A model generated the notes under the pieces. It ran no database searches, was not told the origin of the DNA, and saw only the letters and a list, made by a program, of their open reading frames with translations. Below, piece by piece: positions 41,555 through 52,336 of a DNA stretch of 64,000 nucleotides (position 1 is its first letter; each line of letters begins with the position of its first letter). Source of the stretch: Histomonas meleagridis 2922-C6/04-290x. Taxonomy: Eukaryota > Protista > Parabasalia. The stretch is from positions 124,001 through 188,000 of the forward strand of contig JAANOX010000083.1 in assembly GCA_020184695.1 (NCBI GenBank), read 5' to 3'. A program made the translations under genes and the position numbers.

Positions 41555-43183
41555 TCATGAATGTGATTCCTGCAGAAAAACAGCTGATGCTAATTTCTTT
41601 GACACTTTTTCGATGCCAAATCCGTATTCTTCGTATTTCGCAATTGCATACCCGTACCACATCTGTGCGATTCTCATTTCCTTAGGGAACTTTATTCCTT
41701 CGAAAAACAAGTCGCCAACATATTCATAGATTTCGCCTGATTTATATTTCATTTTTGTGAGTTCTGTTGCTCTCTTTACCCATTCCTTTTCATTGCATGC
41801 AACACCCATATGTATTAGTGCAATTGGGTCAAGTTTACATCGTGAAAAGAAATAAAGTCCATTTTTGATCTCTCTTTTGGATGAATTTTCATGGAAAAGC
41901 ATCAAGCCACACATGCAGCAGCCTACTTCACTTCCTAATTCGGCCGCATTACGAAAACATATGAATGCTTGATTATAATCTTTGAGAAGATAACATATGA
42001 AACCACAAGAAACTTGTGACTCTGAATCATCTACAGCAAAGAATTTGTTGCGCCAGATTTCACAATCAAAAAGTGTTTGAGGAGCACTACTTCTAATTTG
42101 ATTTAGAACTAGTGTACAACATTGAAGATTTCGTTGAGAGTAATCTGATGTAGCATATCTGAAAAGTTGGATAACACGAGATGTTGGTGAATTTGAAGGG
42201 AATAAAGTGATTGGAATTTTGTTTTTGTTTTCTTTTGGAGGAGGCTTGGCGGTTTGTATCGGCGTTGTTGTAACGTATTTAACTGGAAAAGTGACGGTGC
42301 GAGGCATACTATTAAATGGAGCAAATTGTTGTACGTGTGCTTTAACTGAAGATAATGGTGGATAAGAGAAATCATTTGAAAAGTTGGCCTTAAGGAGAGG
42401 AGAAAAGTTATATTGTTGAGATTTAAGGATGTTATATCGAGTTCCTATGGAAAGCCATTGGAAAAAGAGTTTTATATCTTCGGGTTTCCCATTTAATTCT
42501 ACAATAATTTTGTTGACAGCAGATAACATTCCTTGAGAGGCACAAAAGCGAAGCCACTTCAAAAGTAATTGATGAATTGATTGTTTGTTGTTTCCATTAA
42601 GATTGTGTGAGAGGTGTTGTAGTGCAGTTGCTATTGTTGTTGCAGTAAGAATTGATTTTGTTTGGAAATAATGACGAGCTAAATATTTTAAAGATTTTTG
42701 ATAGTTTGATGCGTGTAAATGATACTCTCCAATAAGAGAAAGAGCTTGATTGGAACGAATTCGGAGAGCTCTTTGATACCAACGCAAAGGTAAATCAGAA
42801 TTTGCTTTATGTGTTGAATAAATTATTCCAATTAAGTTAGTTGCTTCTTTGGATTTAAGTTTTGCCGCCTCAGTTAAAAATTCGATTGCTGCTTCCACTT
42901 CACCAATGTTTAATGCCAAGATGCCGAAGTATAAAAATTGTCTTACATTTCCATAAGAAAGAAAAGCAGATAAAATGGAAATTATATTTGACTTACATAA
43001 TACAGGATTTTCCTTTCTATTTTTTGACCAAGCAAAGAATAAATCTAAAGATAATTTTGGAAATTGTCTTGGAGAATTCGAATCTAAACAACGATTTGAG
43101 AAAATTTCTACTGTTGTAATTTGATTATTAAAAGCAGGGCTTTTATGATGAAGAAGCATTTCAGGTGAAGGAACAACAATCAT
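41555..43183 (-). CDS. Sel1-like repeat protein, 542 aa
   Basis: AAKLKSKEATNLIGIIY, AAELGSEVGCCMCGLML and YVGDLFFEGIKFPKEMRIAQMWY resemble SEL1 repeats. Confidence 0.7.
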   Translation of the reverse strand: MIVVPSPEMLLHHKSPAFNNQITTVEIFSNRCLDSNSPRQFPKLSLDLFFAWSKNRKENPVLCKSNIISILSAFLSYGNVRQFLYFGILALNIGEVEAAIEFLTEAAKLKSKEATNLIGIIYSTHKANSDLPLRWYQRALRIRSNQALSLIGEYHLHASNYQKSLKYLARHYFQTKSILTATTIATALQHLSHNLNGNNKQSIHQLLLKWLRFCASQGMLSAVNKIIVELNGKPEDIKLFFQWLSIGTRYNILKSQQYNFSPLLKANFSNDFSYPPLSSVKAHVQQFAPFNSMPRTVTFPVKYVTTTPIQTAKPPPKENKNKIPITLFPSNSPTSRVIQLFRYATSDYSQRNLQCCTLVLNQIRSSAPQTLFDCEIWRNKFFAVDDSESQVSCGFICYLLKDYNQAFICFRNAAELGSEVGCCMCGLMLFHENSSKREIKNGLYFFSRCKLDPIALIHMGVACNEKEWVKRATELTKMKYKSGEIYEYVGDLFFEGIKFPKEMRIAQMWYGYAIAKYEEYGFGIEKVSKKLASAVFLQESHS

Positions 43184-43437
43184 GAAGATATGACGACCGT
43201 TTATTTACTCTAGGGAGACGTTTATTTCTTGATCGTCTTTCCCTCATAAAAAGGAATTTATAATGATGAAATTTCTGTAGGTTATTTAACTTAGTGCCAT
43301 CAAATGAAAATCGTCGTTACTTTTATCAGATAAAAGCAATAAGATGATTCTTTCTGAAGAATTCAACGTTGACTTCACCAAAGTGTTTGCCAAGATCGTA
43401 TAACCGTTGTTTTTGATAGAAACCGCTTTCTATTTTC

Positions 43438-44748
43438 ATGGGGCTAATTAAGTACTTCTTCTGCATCAATTCACGAGGTAACCCAATCGTTATCCGTGCA
43501 TTTCTTACCGAACCAGTTCACAGCGTTGTTGAGACCTTCTATGCCAAAATTGCATCCACCAATCCACCGCCAGCAGTATTTCGTTGCGATAACATGAACT
43601 TTGCATATATTTGCGAAGCTCAACTTTACTTCGTCATTGTAACAGAAGAATCTATGTCACCATCACTTTTACTCGAACTTCTTTCTCGCATTGTATCCGT
43701 TATTTCAGATTATGCAGGGCGTTGTACCGAACTTATTATGCAACAAAACCTTGGTTTAGTTTATGAAATTGTAGATGAAGTTCTTTCATTTGGTTGTCCA
43801 CAAGCAACAGATTCATCAAATCTTCTTCATCTTGTTCATAACACAGTCAAATATGATAAAGGACTTAACCTTGGAGGTGTTGTTCTTTTAGGACCCTTTG
43901 ATAACCAAGACTTTGATCGACCACTTGCATTATCTGTTGATCAAAGAAGTTTATCCACAAACGAAGTCTTCTTTATCCTCGATGAACGTATAGAAGCACA
44001 ACTTACAGTCGACAACAACATAATCCGATCCACCATTACTGGTGTCGGAACAATCAAGTCATTCCTTCAAGGCCAGCCCTCAATTCTTATTCAGTTTGAT
44101 CCACAAATGACCGTTGCCACACGCTCCATTCCTCAGAATCTCTTATTGAAATATGATGATATTGTATTTGCACCATTTGTCCAATCCCAATCATTTGACA
44201 GTGACCGATCCATCTCCTTTGCACCACCAGAAGGCACATCCAACATTTTCAGGTACCGTACAACCCGATCATTCCAAACACCATTTACTATCACACCAGT
44301 TTTCGAAAACAAACAAACTAAAGCAGTCGTTCTCCGTCTTTCAATTCGATCCCATTATGACCCCGATGATATTCCACCAGAAGTTAAAGTCGTTTTCCAA
44401 TGTCCTGTTGAAATCTCTAATGCCTCATGCGAACTTCCACCTGTTGTTGAGTCAACCCAAAGCAGCGAATACAATCCTAAGACAAGACAAGTCACTTGGA
44501 CAATCCAGAAATTCCCTGGTCTTCAAGAATTTTCTGGAAGATTCCGATTTATCTTCGACAATGGCATTCCTTGCGCAGCTGAGAACATATTGGGTCCAAT
44601 CTCATTGCAATTCTCGCGTACTGGAAAGTTGCCAAGTGGTTTGACAATTAAGAATTATGTCGTTTCGACATCTGGTTCATCAACGCCACCAAAGAGGTGG
44701 ATTAAGGAAATTAGTACTGCAACGTGCATGACGTTTAACTTCATTTAA
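43438..44748 (+). CDS. Adaptor complex medium (mu) subunit, AP-4 mu-like
   Basis: Longin-like N domain (FFCINSRG.., VYEIVDEVLSFGCPQ), then MHD motifs NEVFF, SFAPPEG and WTIQKFPG. Confidence 0.85.
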   Translation: MGLIKYFFCINSRGNPIVIRAFLTEPVHSVVETFYAKIASTNPPPAVFRCDNMNFAYICEAQLYFVIVTEESMSPSLLLELLSRIVSVISDYAGRCTELIMQQNLGLVYEIVDEVLSFGCPQATDSSNLLHLVHNTVKYDKGLNLGGVVLLGPFDNQDFDRPLALSVDQRSLSTNEVFFILDERIEAQLTVDNNIIRSTITGVGTIKSFLQGQPSILIQFDPQMTVATRSIPQNLLLKYDDIVFAPFVQSQSFDSDRSISFAPPEGTSNIFRYRTTRSFQTPFTITPVFENKQTKAVVLRLSIRSHYDPDDIPPEVKVVFQCPVEISNASCELPPVVESTQSSEYNPKTRQVTWTIQKFPGLQEFSGRFRFIFDNGIPCAAENILGPISLQFSRTGKLPSGLTIKNYVVSTSGSSTPPKRWIKEISTATCMTFNFI

Positions 44749-45168
44749 ACAATCGATGAATATCTTTTGTTTAAGGTGAAAAGAATAAATCAAACTTTAA
44801 ATGAACGATAAAACTTTTTGAATACTAAATGAGAAATGAAATAAAATTTGATTCTTCATATGTCATTAACCAACAAGTAATCATTTGCAAATGTTGAGCT
44901 TTTTTACTGTAACTGGAGTTTAGCTTCAACTTTTACTTTTTCACAGAAATAATCGTTTTCATGATTATATTTTCTTGTTGAATTTATAGATTTAAATTTT
45001 CAGGAAACGAAATGCTTCCCTTTTTATCTTGTTATATTGACAATTATTTCAGTAAAGCAAGAAAGAAAAATATGAAACTGTTCAAAATACCGTTAAATTA
45101 CCCTTATTTTTACCCATTTTCTCAAGTTGGCCGGATAAACAGCGTATCGGCGCGGTTTTGACATTAAA

Positions 45169-46335
45169 ATGGATCAGATTCCCTTCATCAGCGCACGCAT
45201 CGTTGAATTAGAATCAATTATGAGCGAGAAAAAGCGTAACATCGCTCGTTTGCAAGCTCAAAGAAATGAATTAAACATGCAAGTCAGAGATTTAAAAGAT
45301 GAAATTTTCCATCTCCAAGAGAATCCTTCTGATGTAGCAGAACTTATCAAGAAAGTCGGTAAAAACAGAGCACTTGTTAGCAATAACCACGAAGGAAAAT
45401 ATTTAGTTATGGTCGATGATGATGTTGATATCAGCGGTGTTCAATCTGGTACACGTGTAGCTCTTCGTAGTGACACTTCAGTTCTTCATCGTATTCTACC
45501 CACCAAAGTGGATCCATTAGTTGCCTTAATGAAAGTCGATAAAGTTCCAGATTCCACATACGAAATGATTGGTGGTTGTGACAAGCAAATCAAAGAAATC
45601 AAAGAAGTTATTGAACTTCCCATCAAGCATCCTGAATTATTTGAATCAGTTGGTATTGCTCAACCAAAAGGTGTTCTCTTATACGGTCCACCAGGCACAG
45701 GTAAGACTCTTTTAGCTCGTGCCGTTGCTCATCATACTGATACAACATTTATCAGAGTATCTGGATCTGAACTTGTCCAAAAATACATTGGCGAAGGAGC
45801 ACGTATGGTCCGAGAGCTCTTTGTTATGGCTCGTCAACATGCCCCATCCATTATTTTCATGGATGAAATTGATTCAATCGGAAGTAGCCGTGGCCAAGGC
45901 AAACGTAGCGATAGCGAAGTACAGCGTACTATGCTTGAATTATTGAACCAACTCGATGGCTTTGAGTCATCCAATAACATCAAAGTGATTATGGCAACAA
46001 ATCGAATTGATTGTTTGGATCAAGCATTATTACGTCCCGGAAGAATTGATAGGAAAATAGAGTTCCCTAACCCGGGAGACGCCGGTAGACTCCAAATTTT
46101 GAGGATCCATTCTCGAAGAATGAATCTGCAAAGAGGCATCGACCTCAAGAGAATTGCCGCGGAAACAAGTGGAGCATCGGGAGCTGAGCTAAAGGCTGTG
46201 TGTACAGAGGCGGGTATGTTCGCATTGAGAGAAAGAAGAGTTCATGTGACGCAAGAAGACTTCGATATGGCTGTGTTTAAGGTAACGAAGAAGGACGACA
46301 AACGTAGTATGAGTATAAAGCAAATGCTTAAATGA
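45169..46335 (+). CDS. RPT6: 26S proteasome AAA-ATPase Rpt6
   Basis: [62 protein letters not shown]. Confidence 0.97.
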   Translation: MDQIPFISARIVELESIMSEKKRNIARLQAQRNELNMQVRDLKDEIFHLQENPSDVAELIKKVGKNRALVSNNHEGKYLVMVDDDVDISGVQSGTRVALRSDTSVLHRILPTKVDPLVALMKVDKVPDSTYEMIGGCDKQIKEIKEVIELPIKHPELFESVGIAQPKGVLLYGPPGTGKTLLARAVAHHTDTTFIRVSGSELVQKYIGEGARMVRELFVMARQHAPSIIFMDEIDSIGSSRGQGKRSDSEVQRTMLELLNQLDGFESSNNIKVIMATNRIDCLDQALLRPGRIDRKIEFPNPGDAGRLQILRIHSRRMNLQRGIDLKRIAAETSGASGAELKAVCTEAGMFALRERRVHVTQEDFDMAVFKVTKKDDKRSMSIKQMLK

Positions 46336-46876
46336 AAAGTAATAAAAATTTTTTTGGAAAATTAAATAAAATATTCAGAATAACGCAATTGGTGAAATGG
46401 GACTTAAATGTGTTTGTTGTGACATACAAATTTGCTGATGTGACTACAGATTTGCTGATGTGAAAGATTTGATTTATTTTTTTCAAATAAAAATTTTTAT
46501 GTTTTTAACAGGTTATAGTACACATTATTGAGTAAGATAATTTTAAAGGTTAAGTAAAAATAGTAAATAGTAAGAATTGCAACATTTATTTCATAGTGGC
46601 AAATATTTATAAAAAAAACTAAGAAAAGTTATGTATTTGCATAACTAAATATGTTTTTTATTGGATAGTTTTAATCATTTTGAGAAGTTCCTCAAGTTTT
46701 AAGGAATTTTACGTGTGATATGTGTTAAAAATAACACGACTTTATGACAGTACTTAAAAAGTTGTCACCACTAATTCAATTCTTTGATTTTACAACGGTG
46801 TCAAGGGATATTCACTGGCAGCTGATGGAAGTTTCAAGAAAGATTTTCGAGTCTAATCTAATTTATTAATAAAAAA

Positions 46877-47284
46877 TTACATCTCCTGTGAAAAAAAGGC
46901 AAAGCATACTAAAAATACTTCGAGAACAATAAGGAAAATCCAACAAAATATCAGTAAAGATTTTGAAATCTTCCAATATGTGTTATTGGATGTTTGATTC
47001 TGTTCAAGTTGTATGTGTTTTTTCAATTCATCTATGCAATCTTTCAGCTCTTCTTGTTTAATTTCAAGTCTTTTGCAAAAAACACAATTTTCTTTATGGC
47101 TTAGGGTCTCCCTTTCTTTTTCTAGATAATCTTCTCTGTCTTCATTATACTTTTCTTGAGAAATGTAATATTGAATTGATTGCCGTGGAGAACCTGAAAG
47201 GTATTTTGATTGATCCATTATCATGGTGGAACTGTTAATAATTGGATGATGACTTTGTGTCTCTTGAAGAGTTGTTCCGTTCAT
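46877..47284 (-). CDS. Small tail-anchored hypothetical protein
   Basis: CxxC plus a short coiled coil and a C-terminal hydrophobic segment (LLIFCWIFLIVLEVFLVCFAFF). Confidence 0.6.
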   Translation of the reverse strand: MNGTTLQETQSHHPIINSSTMIMDQSKYLSGSPRQSIQYYISQEKYNEDREDYLEKERETLSHKENCVFCKRLEIKQEELKDCIDELKKHIQLEQNQTSNNTYWKISKSLLIFCWIFLIVLEVFLVCFAFFSQEM

Positions 47285-48270
47285 CAAAAATGATTTTGTT
47301 ATTAACGGTCATCTAAACATAAAAATCCTTTCAATGCTTTGCTCTGAAAAACTTTTTGCTATCAAAAGTTTGATTTATTGAGAAGATTCTATGAATTCAG
47401 CTTTTCAACGTATCTATCAAAATTTTATGAAATAATATCGCAAAAAATGTTCACCCCTATTCAACCCCCCACACAAATCCTAACTTCCGCAATAACCTTT
47501 TCAAAAGCCTCTGAAATTTTCAGTGATAATTAATTGAAAAATTCAATAAAAAATTTTTGTCAACATTCACCCCACAGTCAGATATCGTTCCCAACAATAT
47601 TAAATAAAAGGTCCATTCACTACTAAAAATTATTACTGGCACGTTGGCTAAAAGTATTTTGCAGTCAAGTTATGCCATGAAATTTAGATAATTTTTTATC
47701 AATCCAAATTCGAGATTTTTTATATTCAATATGTACATATTATTATATTCAAATGTGGGTTGAATTAGAATTGTGTCAAATAAATGTTCTAATTAACAAA
47801 GAATAACTTGATGAAAATGTGATAAATGAATTTTTTTTTCTAAATGCATAAAAATTTTTATATAAACTAAAAATGTCCATTAAAGGATCTAGCCTTGATA
47901 CAAAAATTTTAAAATTATCCCATTGACGAATGAGAAAAATGGACAAGAAAACTGGATTTGACAATAAAAATTGCAAGCAAAACGATGAAAATCAATTCAA
48001 AGATATGCAAACTTATCATAAACTCTATCTTGATTCCATTTTTTATTTTATGGTAAATTTTATAATTTCCACGTGATTTACCAAATGAATAATCTATTCT
48101 TAAATGATGAAACATTTTCTTCTTCCCAGACATCAACCAGAAAATTGAAAAGGAAAAAGTTTCGAGTTATCGCTTTCACACAAATCTTCATTGAAATCCA
48201 GCACAATTTGAGAACTAGTTTTTGACAAGTTTTTTCTAACAATTTTCTGATGCGTGTTTGGCAGATTTAA

Positions 48271-48630
48271 ATGACCAGGGAAAGCATTCGTAACGAACCA
48301 ATTCTTGACGACGAAATCGTACAGCAAAATGAGGAGCTTATGGAGCAAAAGTTTCCAGATTTTCTTATGAACGAATGGAATGAAAATGTTGTTCCAATTA
48401 TTAATACAATAATTTCAAATTATAAGACAATGCCGAAGGAAGAACTCAGATCTCAAGCTCACAAATGCGCAGGATCAGCTCTTCAAATTGGAGGTAACCA
48501 ACTCGGAATTGCTTTACGTACAATCTCTCATATGGTTCAAGCAGGCAACATCGAAGCGGCTAACGGAATTTTGGAAGATCTTCCAGGATACCTCGACACT
48601 TTTCAGAAAATTGTTAAGGAATCTCAATAA
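48271..48630 (+). CDS. Histidine phosphotransfer (HPt) domain protein, 119 aa
   Basis: LRSQAHKCAGSALQIGG matches the HPt motif AHxLKGSSxxIG with the phospho-His, in an all-helical context. Confidence 0.8.
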   Translation: MTRESIRNEPILDDEIVQQNEELMEQKFPDFLMNEWNENVVPIINTIISNYKTMPKEELRSQAHKCAGSALQIGGNQLGIALRTISHMVQAGNIEAANGILEDLPGYLDTFQKIVKESQ

Positions 48631-49283
48631 ATAATAATTCAAGCATTTTACAGATATGATGTGCACAAAGCAGAGTCTTTTGTTGGATGTGTGTTGCATG
48701 TTGTTACAATTTTTTGATCATATTTGCCCTCTTTTTTGTCCGTCCCTTCCATCTGACATTTCACTTTTTGATTCAATTTTTGATGAGGACGATTTCCCTT
48801 TGAAATTTTGACGAATTATAAGCCATTCAATTTCATATCAAAAAGTGACTGAAAAAATTGAAAATTTATCACGATCTATGTAAAATTATTCTAATTAATT
48901 TAAAGGTTTGATTACGATTTCTAAATTTCAGAAAAAGTATTCAAGAAATTTTGATGAAATGAAGGAATCCTTTAAAACTGAAGTTCATGAATGGAAGAAT
49001 AAAAAAGTTAAAATTATTTTAGCTTATATTTGATTATAAATTCCCCTTATTATTTATTGTCCTCAACCTGTCATCATATATTATCAAGATCTATATTATG
49101 GGAAAAGATCTATAATCAAAAATTTTATTTCAAATGACTATTTATAATCTATAATTTATGAAAACAAAATATTTTAAGATTTTAATATATTAAAAATGTG
49201 AAAATTTTATTTAATATCTTTATTTTATAAATCATTTCAAACATGTATATTTGTTTTATCATTTCATATGAAAACTTTACAGT

Positions 49284-50039
49284 CTATTCACTGCACTGCA
49301 AAGTATCATTATATATATCAGTGCATTTTTGGATACATTTATTCATTAAATTTCCATTTTTCACATTTTCTTTGATGCTTTGTTTTGTTTGTTGCAAAGC
49401 TTCTCTTATTCCAAATCGATATTTTTGATTGACTTTAGTGATTTGTTTTTGTTTTTCAACATTGAGTACATGCAACGCAAATTTAAGTTGCTTCGACAAT
49501 TCGATAATTTCCGATTTTTGTTTGTTTAACATTGTCCTTCTCTTATCGAGAAAATCATCCTTAAGTTTGTTCTCTTTTCGCTGTCTTTCTTCGTTTTCGA
49601 TGTGCTCTGCTTTGGATTTGAGATTTTCTGCTAAATCAAAGTCTTTTCGATATCCTGCGATTTTGGCTTGTTCACGAATTTTTTCAGCTGAGCTGTCAGG
49701 AAGAAGTTGTATATTTGCAAAATTAAAAAGACACTGTTTTTCATGTTCAATTAAAACATCAATATGATTAATTTGAAGTTTATGAAATGAATCACTGATT
49801 TTTTGACGAATCACAATTTCTTGTTGTTCATATACTTTATTTATTGAAGCAACTTGATCATCACGAAGTTGAGAATATTCGTTAAGCTGAGCTTGAAATT
49901 TATTGATAAAATTTTGAATAATTTCTTCGTCATTGTTTTGTTCGATTTCACAAATTACTGAATTAATTTTACCTGCTGATAAAAAATCACCACTATTAAT
50001 TGCAACATTAAGTTGTTCTTTGAGAAGTTTTTCTACCAT
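49284..50039 (-). CDS. Coiled-coil hypothetical protein
   Basis: Intact E/K/Q-rich ORF. The track start is TTG; first ATG at 50039. Confidence 0.78.
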   Translation of the reverse strand: MVEKLLKEQLNVAINSGDFLSAGKINSVICEIEQNNDEEIIQNFINKFQAQLNEYSQLRDDQVASINKVYEQQEIVIRQKISDSFHKLQINHIDVLIEHEKQCLFNFANIQLLPDSSAEKIREQAKIAGYRKDFDLAENLKSKAEHIENEERQRKENKLKDDFLDKRRTMLNKQKSEIIELSKQLKFALHVLNVEKQKQITKVNQKYRFGIREALQQTKQSIKENVKNGNLMNKCIQKCTDIYNDTLQCSE

Positions 50040-50112
50040 TTTGGTTCCATAAGAGAAAAGTGGCAATATTTCAACACTTTATTTCAACGGTTATATTCGT
50101 TAATATGAGGAA
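50040..50112. promoter_or_regulatory. Compact bidirectional promoter with central M3/Myb-type site
   Basis: 73 bp between divergent ATGs, with AACGGTT at 50086-50092. Confidence 0.5.
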
Positions 50113-51498
50113 ATGGATATAGGAAAAGAAAATAGGGTTGCAAGCCTAAAAGAAAGGTTTGAAGAATTCAAAAAATATGAACAACTTAGTAATAATGCTG
50201 TTGATTCCAAATGGCGCGAAATTCTAGTAGCTGAAAAGAACAAAGAACAAAAATCATCAATCGAAAAAATTCGAGCTGATTATACCAAGCAACTTGATCG
50301 TTGTGATGTAATTATAAATAGGCTTTTCCAATGGTTAAATGAAGGAGAATCGCAATATCAATTTGCACTTCGAGCACATAAAAAAAATCTCGAAACACTC
50401 AACAATCTTTCCAACAAACGACTTCAAAATGACTTTGATCGTTTTAATGAATCTTTAAAAACCATTGTTAATGAATATGATTCAAATCGAAAGTCTACTC
50501 TTGATCAATACAACAAAAATGTCTCAGAAATCCGTGACATAATCAATGCCATTGACCATGAATACACGCTTAAAAAGAACGAACTTGAAAGCAAATTCCG
50601 TAGTCAAAAAGATCATCTTCAAACTAATAATCAAGAAATGATCTCAACTCTCCGCACACATCTTACAGAAGAAACTAATGCCGTATCCTCGGCCATCACT
50701 GAAGCCTATAAATCCTACAAACGTCTTAGTAGTGGGCGAATGGAACAATTTAATCAAATGTTGGAAAAGCACAAAAACCGCCAAAAAATCATGAAATCGA
50801 ATGAAGACGAAATCATACGTAATGCGTCCGAAATCTCACATTGGCATCGAAAAATCAAGAACAACGAACGCGAATCTCGTGAATCTAATGAACGACTTCG
50901 CACCGAAAAAAACAATCTTTCACTTCACTTTCGGGAACTTAAAGAAATAATGGCACAGTTTCGTGTTACTGAAGCACGGAAACTTGCCGAAATCTCTGTT
51001 GCATTTGAGGATATTAATAATGAGCTTACCAATAAGTTGAAACTTGCTGAGAAAATCCTTAAATACGCCGAAATGGCGCGAAAACTTGAGACTGAGAGTG
51101 AGCAAATTCTTCCATTTCCTCAAACAATTGTTGATACTGATCCGGAAATTAAGAGCCAAATGCAACAATTTAAGCTGCAGCTTAAAGGAGATTCGAAATA
51201 TGTCGCCGAAAGTGACCTGTTCGATAACTTTTATCGAAGATATAATAAAGTTTTGTTGGATAAGTTGTCGTTGCAACGTGAAAAAGAAGCACTGACACAA
51301 AAGAATTTGGCGTTGAAGTCAATGCTAAAGAAATATATGGCTGGAATGGGAATATCGCCGGACTTAATGAACAAGCCAAATACTTTGTTCATAGTAAACC
51401 AAAATACAAACGCACCCCTAAGAAGAGTCGACCAAGAAGCAATACCTAAAATTGATGCGGGATTAACTATAGGCGCAAACAAATTGCAGGGATTTTAA
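50113..51498 (+). CDS. DRC2: Dynein regulatory complex subunit 2 (CCDC65)
   Basis: KWREIL..LDRCDVII..L.EGESQYQFALRAH at the N-terminus and NFYRRYNKVLLD..EKEAL..NLALKSMLKKY at the C-terminus. Confidence 0.85.
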   Translation: MDIGKENRVASLKERFEEFKKYEQLSNNAVDSKWREILVAEKNKEQKSSIEKIRADYTKQLDRCDVIINRLFQWLNEGESQYQFALRAHKKNLETLNNLSNKRLQNDFDRFNESLKTIVNEYDSNRKSTLDQYNKNVSEIRDIINAIDHEYTLKKNELESKFRSQKDHLQTNNQEMISTLRTHLTEETNAVSSAITEAYKSYKRLSSGRMEQFNQMLEKHKNRQKIMKSNEDEIIRNASEISHWHRKIKNNERESRESNERLRTEKNNLSLHFRELKEIMAQFRVTEARKLAEISVAFEDINNELTNKLKLAEKILKYAEMARKLETESEQILPFPQTIVDTDPEIKSQMQQFKLQLKGDSKYVAESDLFDNFYRRYNKVLLDKLSLQREKEALTQKNLALKSMLKKYMAGMGISPDLMNKPNTLFIVNQNTNAPLRRVDQEAIPKIDAGLTIGANKLQGF

Positions 51499-51726
51499 TT
51501 GTATATAAAAATTGTTTAAAAGAAAATTGTTTTTAAAAAGAAACTCTGATTTAAAAGAGTATAATATGTTATGTTTGTTATATTAAAGAAATTTGATTTT
51601 ACATATTTAGAATTGATATTTGAAAAATTATAATTTTTTTTTCCTTTCTAAGCTGTATTCCATGTAACAATAATAGTGAAAGAAAATTATGAATGATATA
51701 TTTTTGTAAAATTTAAGATGAATTGT

Positions 51727-52062
51727 TTACTTGTGCTTTGCAAAAAGAGCTGTAAACTCTTGGTTGTTCCTTGGTTCTACAGAGGTTTCAACAATTTTTG
51801 GTTGGCCATCAACCTTCTTGAAGAAGTGAACAGTTGGGATGTGTCTCACATTATATTCAGAGCAAAGGTCCCTATATTCGTCTCTATTTACGCCAATGAA
51901 CTTGACGTCTGGGTTGTCTGCAATGATCTTTGGTAGCCAAGCATTAAGTCTTCTGCAATCTGGGCACCAGTCAGCAGAAAAGTCAACAACAACAAGACCT
52001 TTCTCAACACCATCAGCAATGAGTTTCTTGAGTGCAGCAGAGTCACCTGAAAATTGTTCCAT
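51727..52062 (-). CDS. Thioredoxin-fold protein with WCPDC active site
   Basis: VVVDFSADWCPDCRRL and YNVRHIPT (cis-Pro loop). ATG at 52062. Confidence 0.9.
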   Translation of the reverse strand: MEQFSGDSAALKKLIADGVEKGLVVVDFSADWCPDCRRLNAWLPKIIADNPDVKFIGVNRDEYRDLCSEYNVRHIPTVHFFKKVDGQPKIVETSVEPRNNQEFTALFAKHK

Positions 52063-52336
52063 CAATAAAATTGTGATGTAATTTTTGCTTCAGCGTCCGG
52101 CGGTTTTGAAACCGATATTGGCACTCAATTTTGCTCTGAAAAATTGATTGGGTTGAATTTATCGTAATTGATGAACATCACAAAGCACTTTGGGTGAAAA
52201 AGTGACGCGTCATTACTCTCGTTCATATGTATATTAAATATTTTCTATAATAAATCACGTGTTAATCCACAATAAAAAGGGGTAAAACAACAAAAAGGTA
52301 CTATAAATATGTCGATTTGTTACCAGAGAGTTAACA

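Noticed and set aside
46430-46463. Direct repeat ATTTGCTGATGTGA x2 downstream of RPT6
   Set aside because: Only two short copies; ordinary local duplication.
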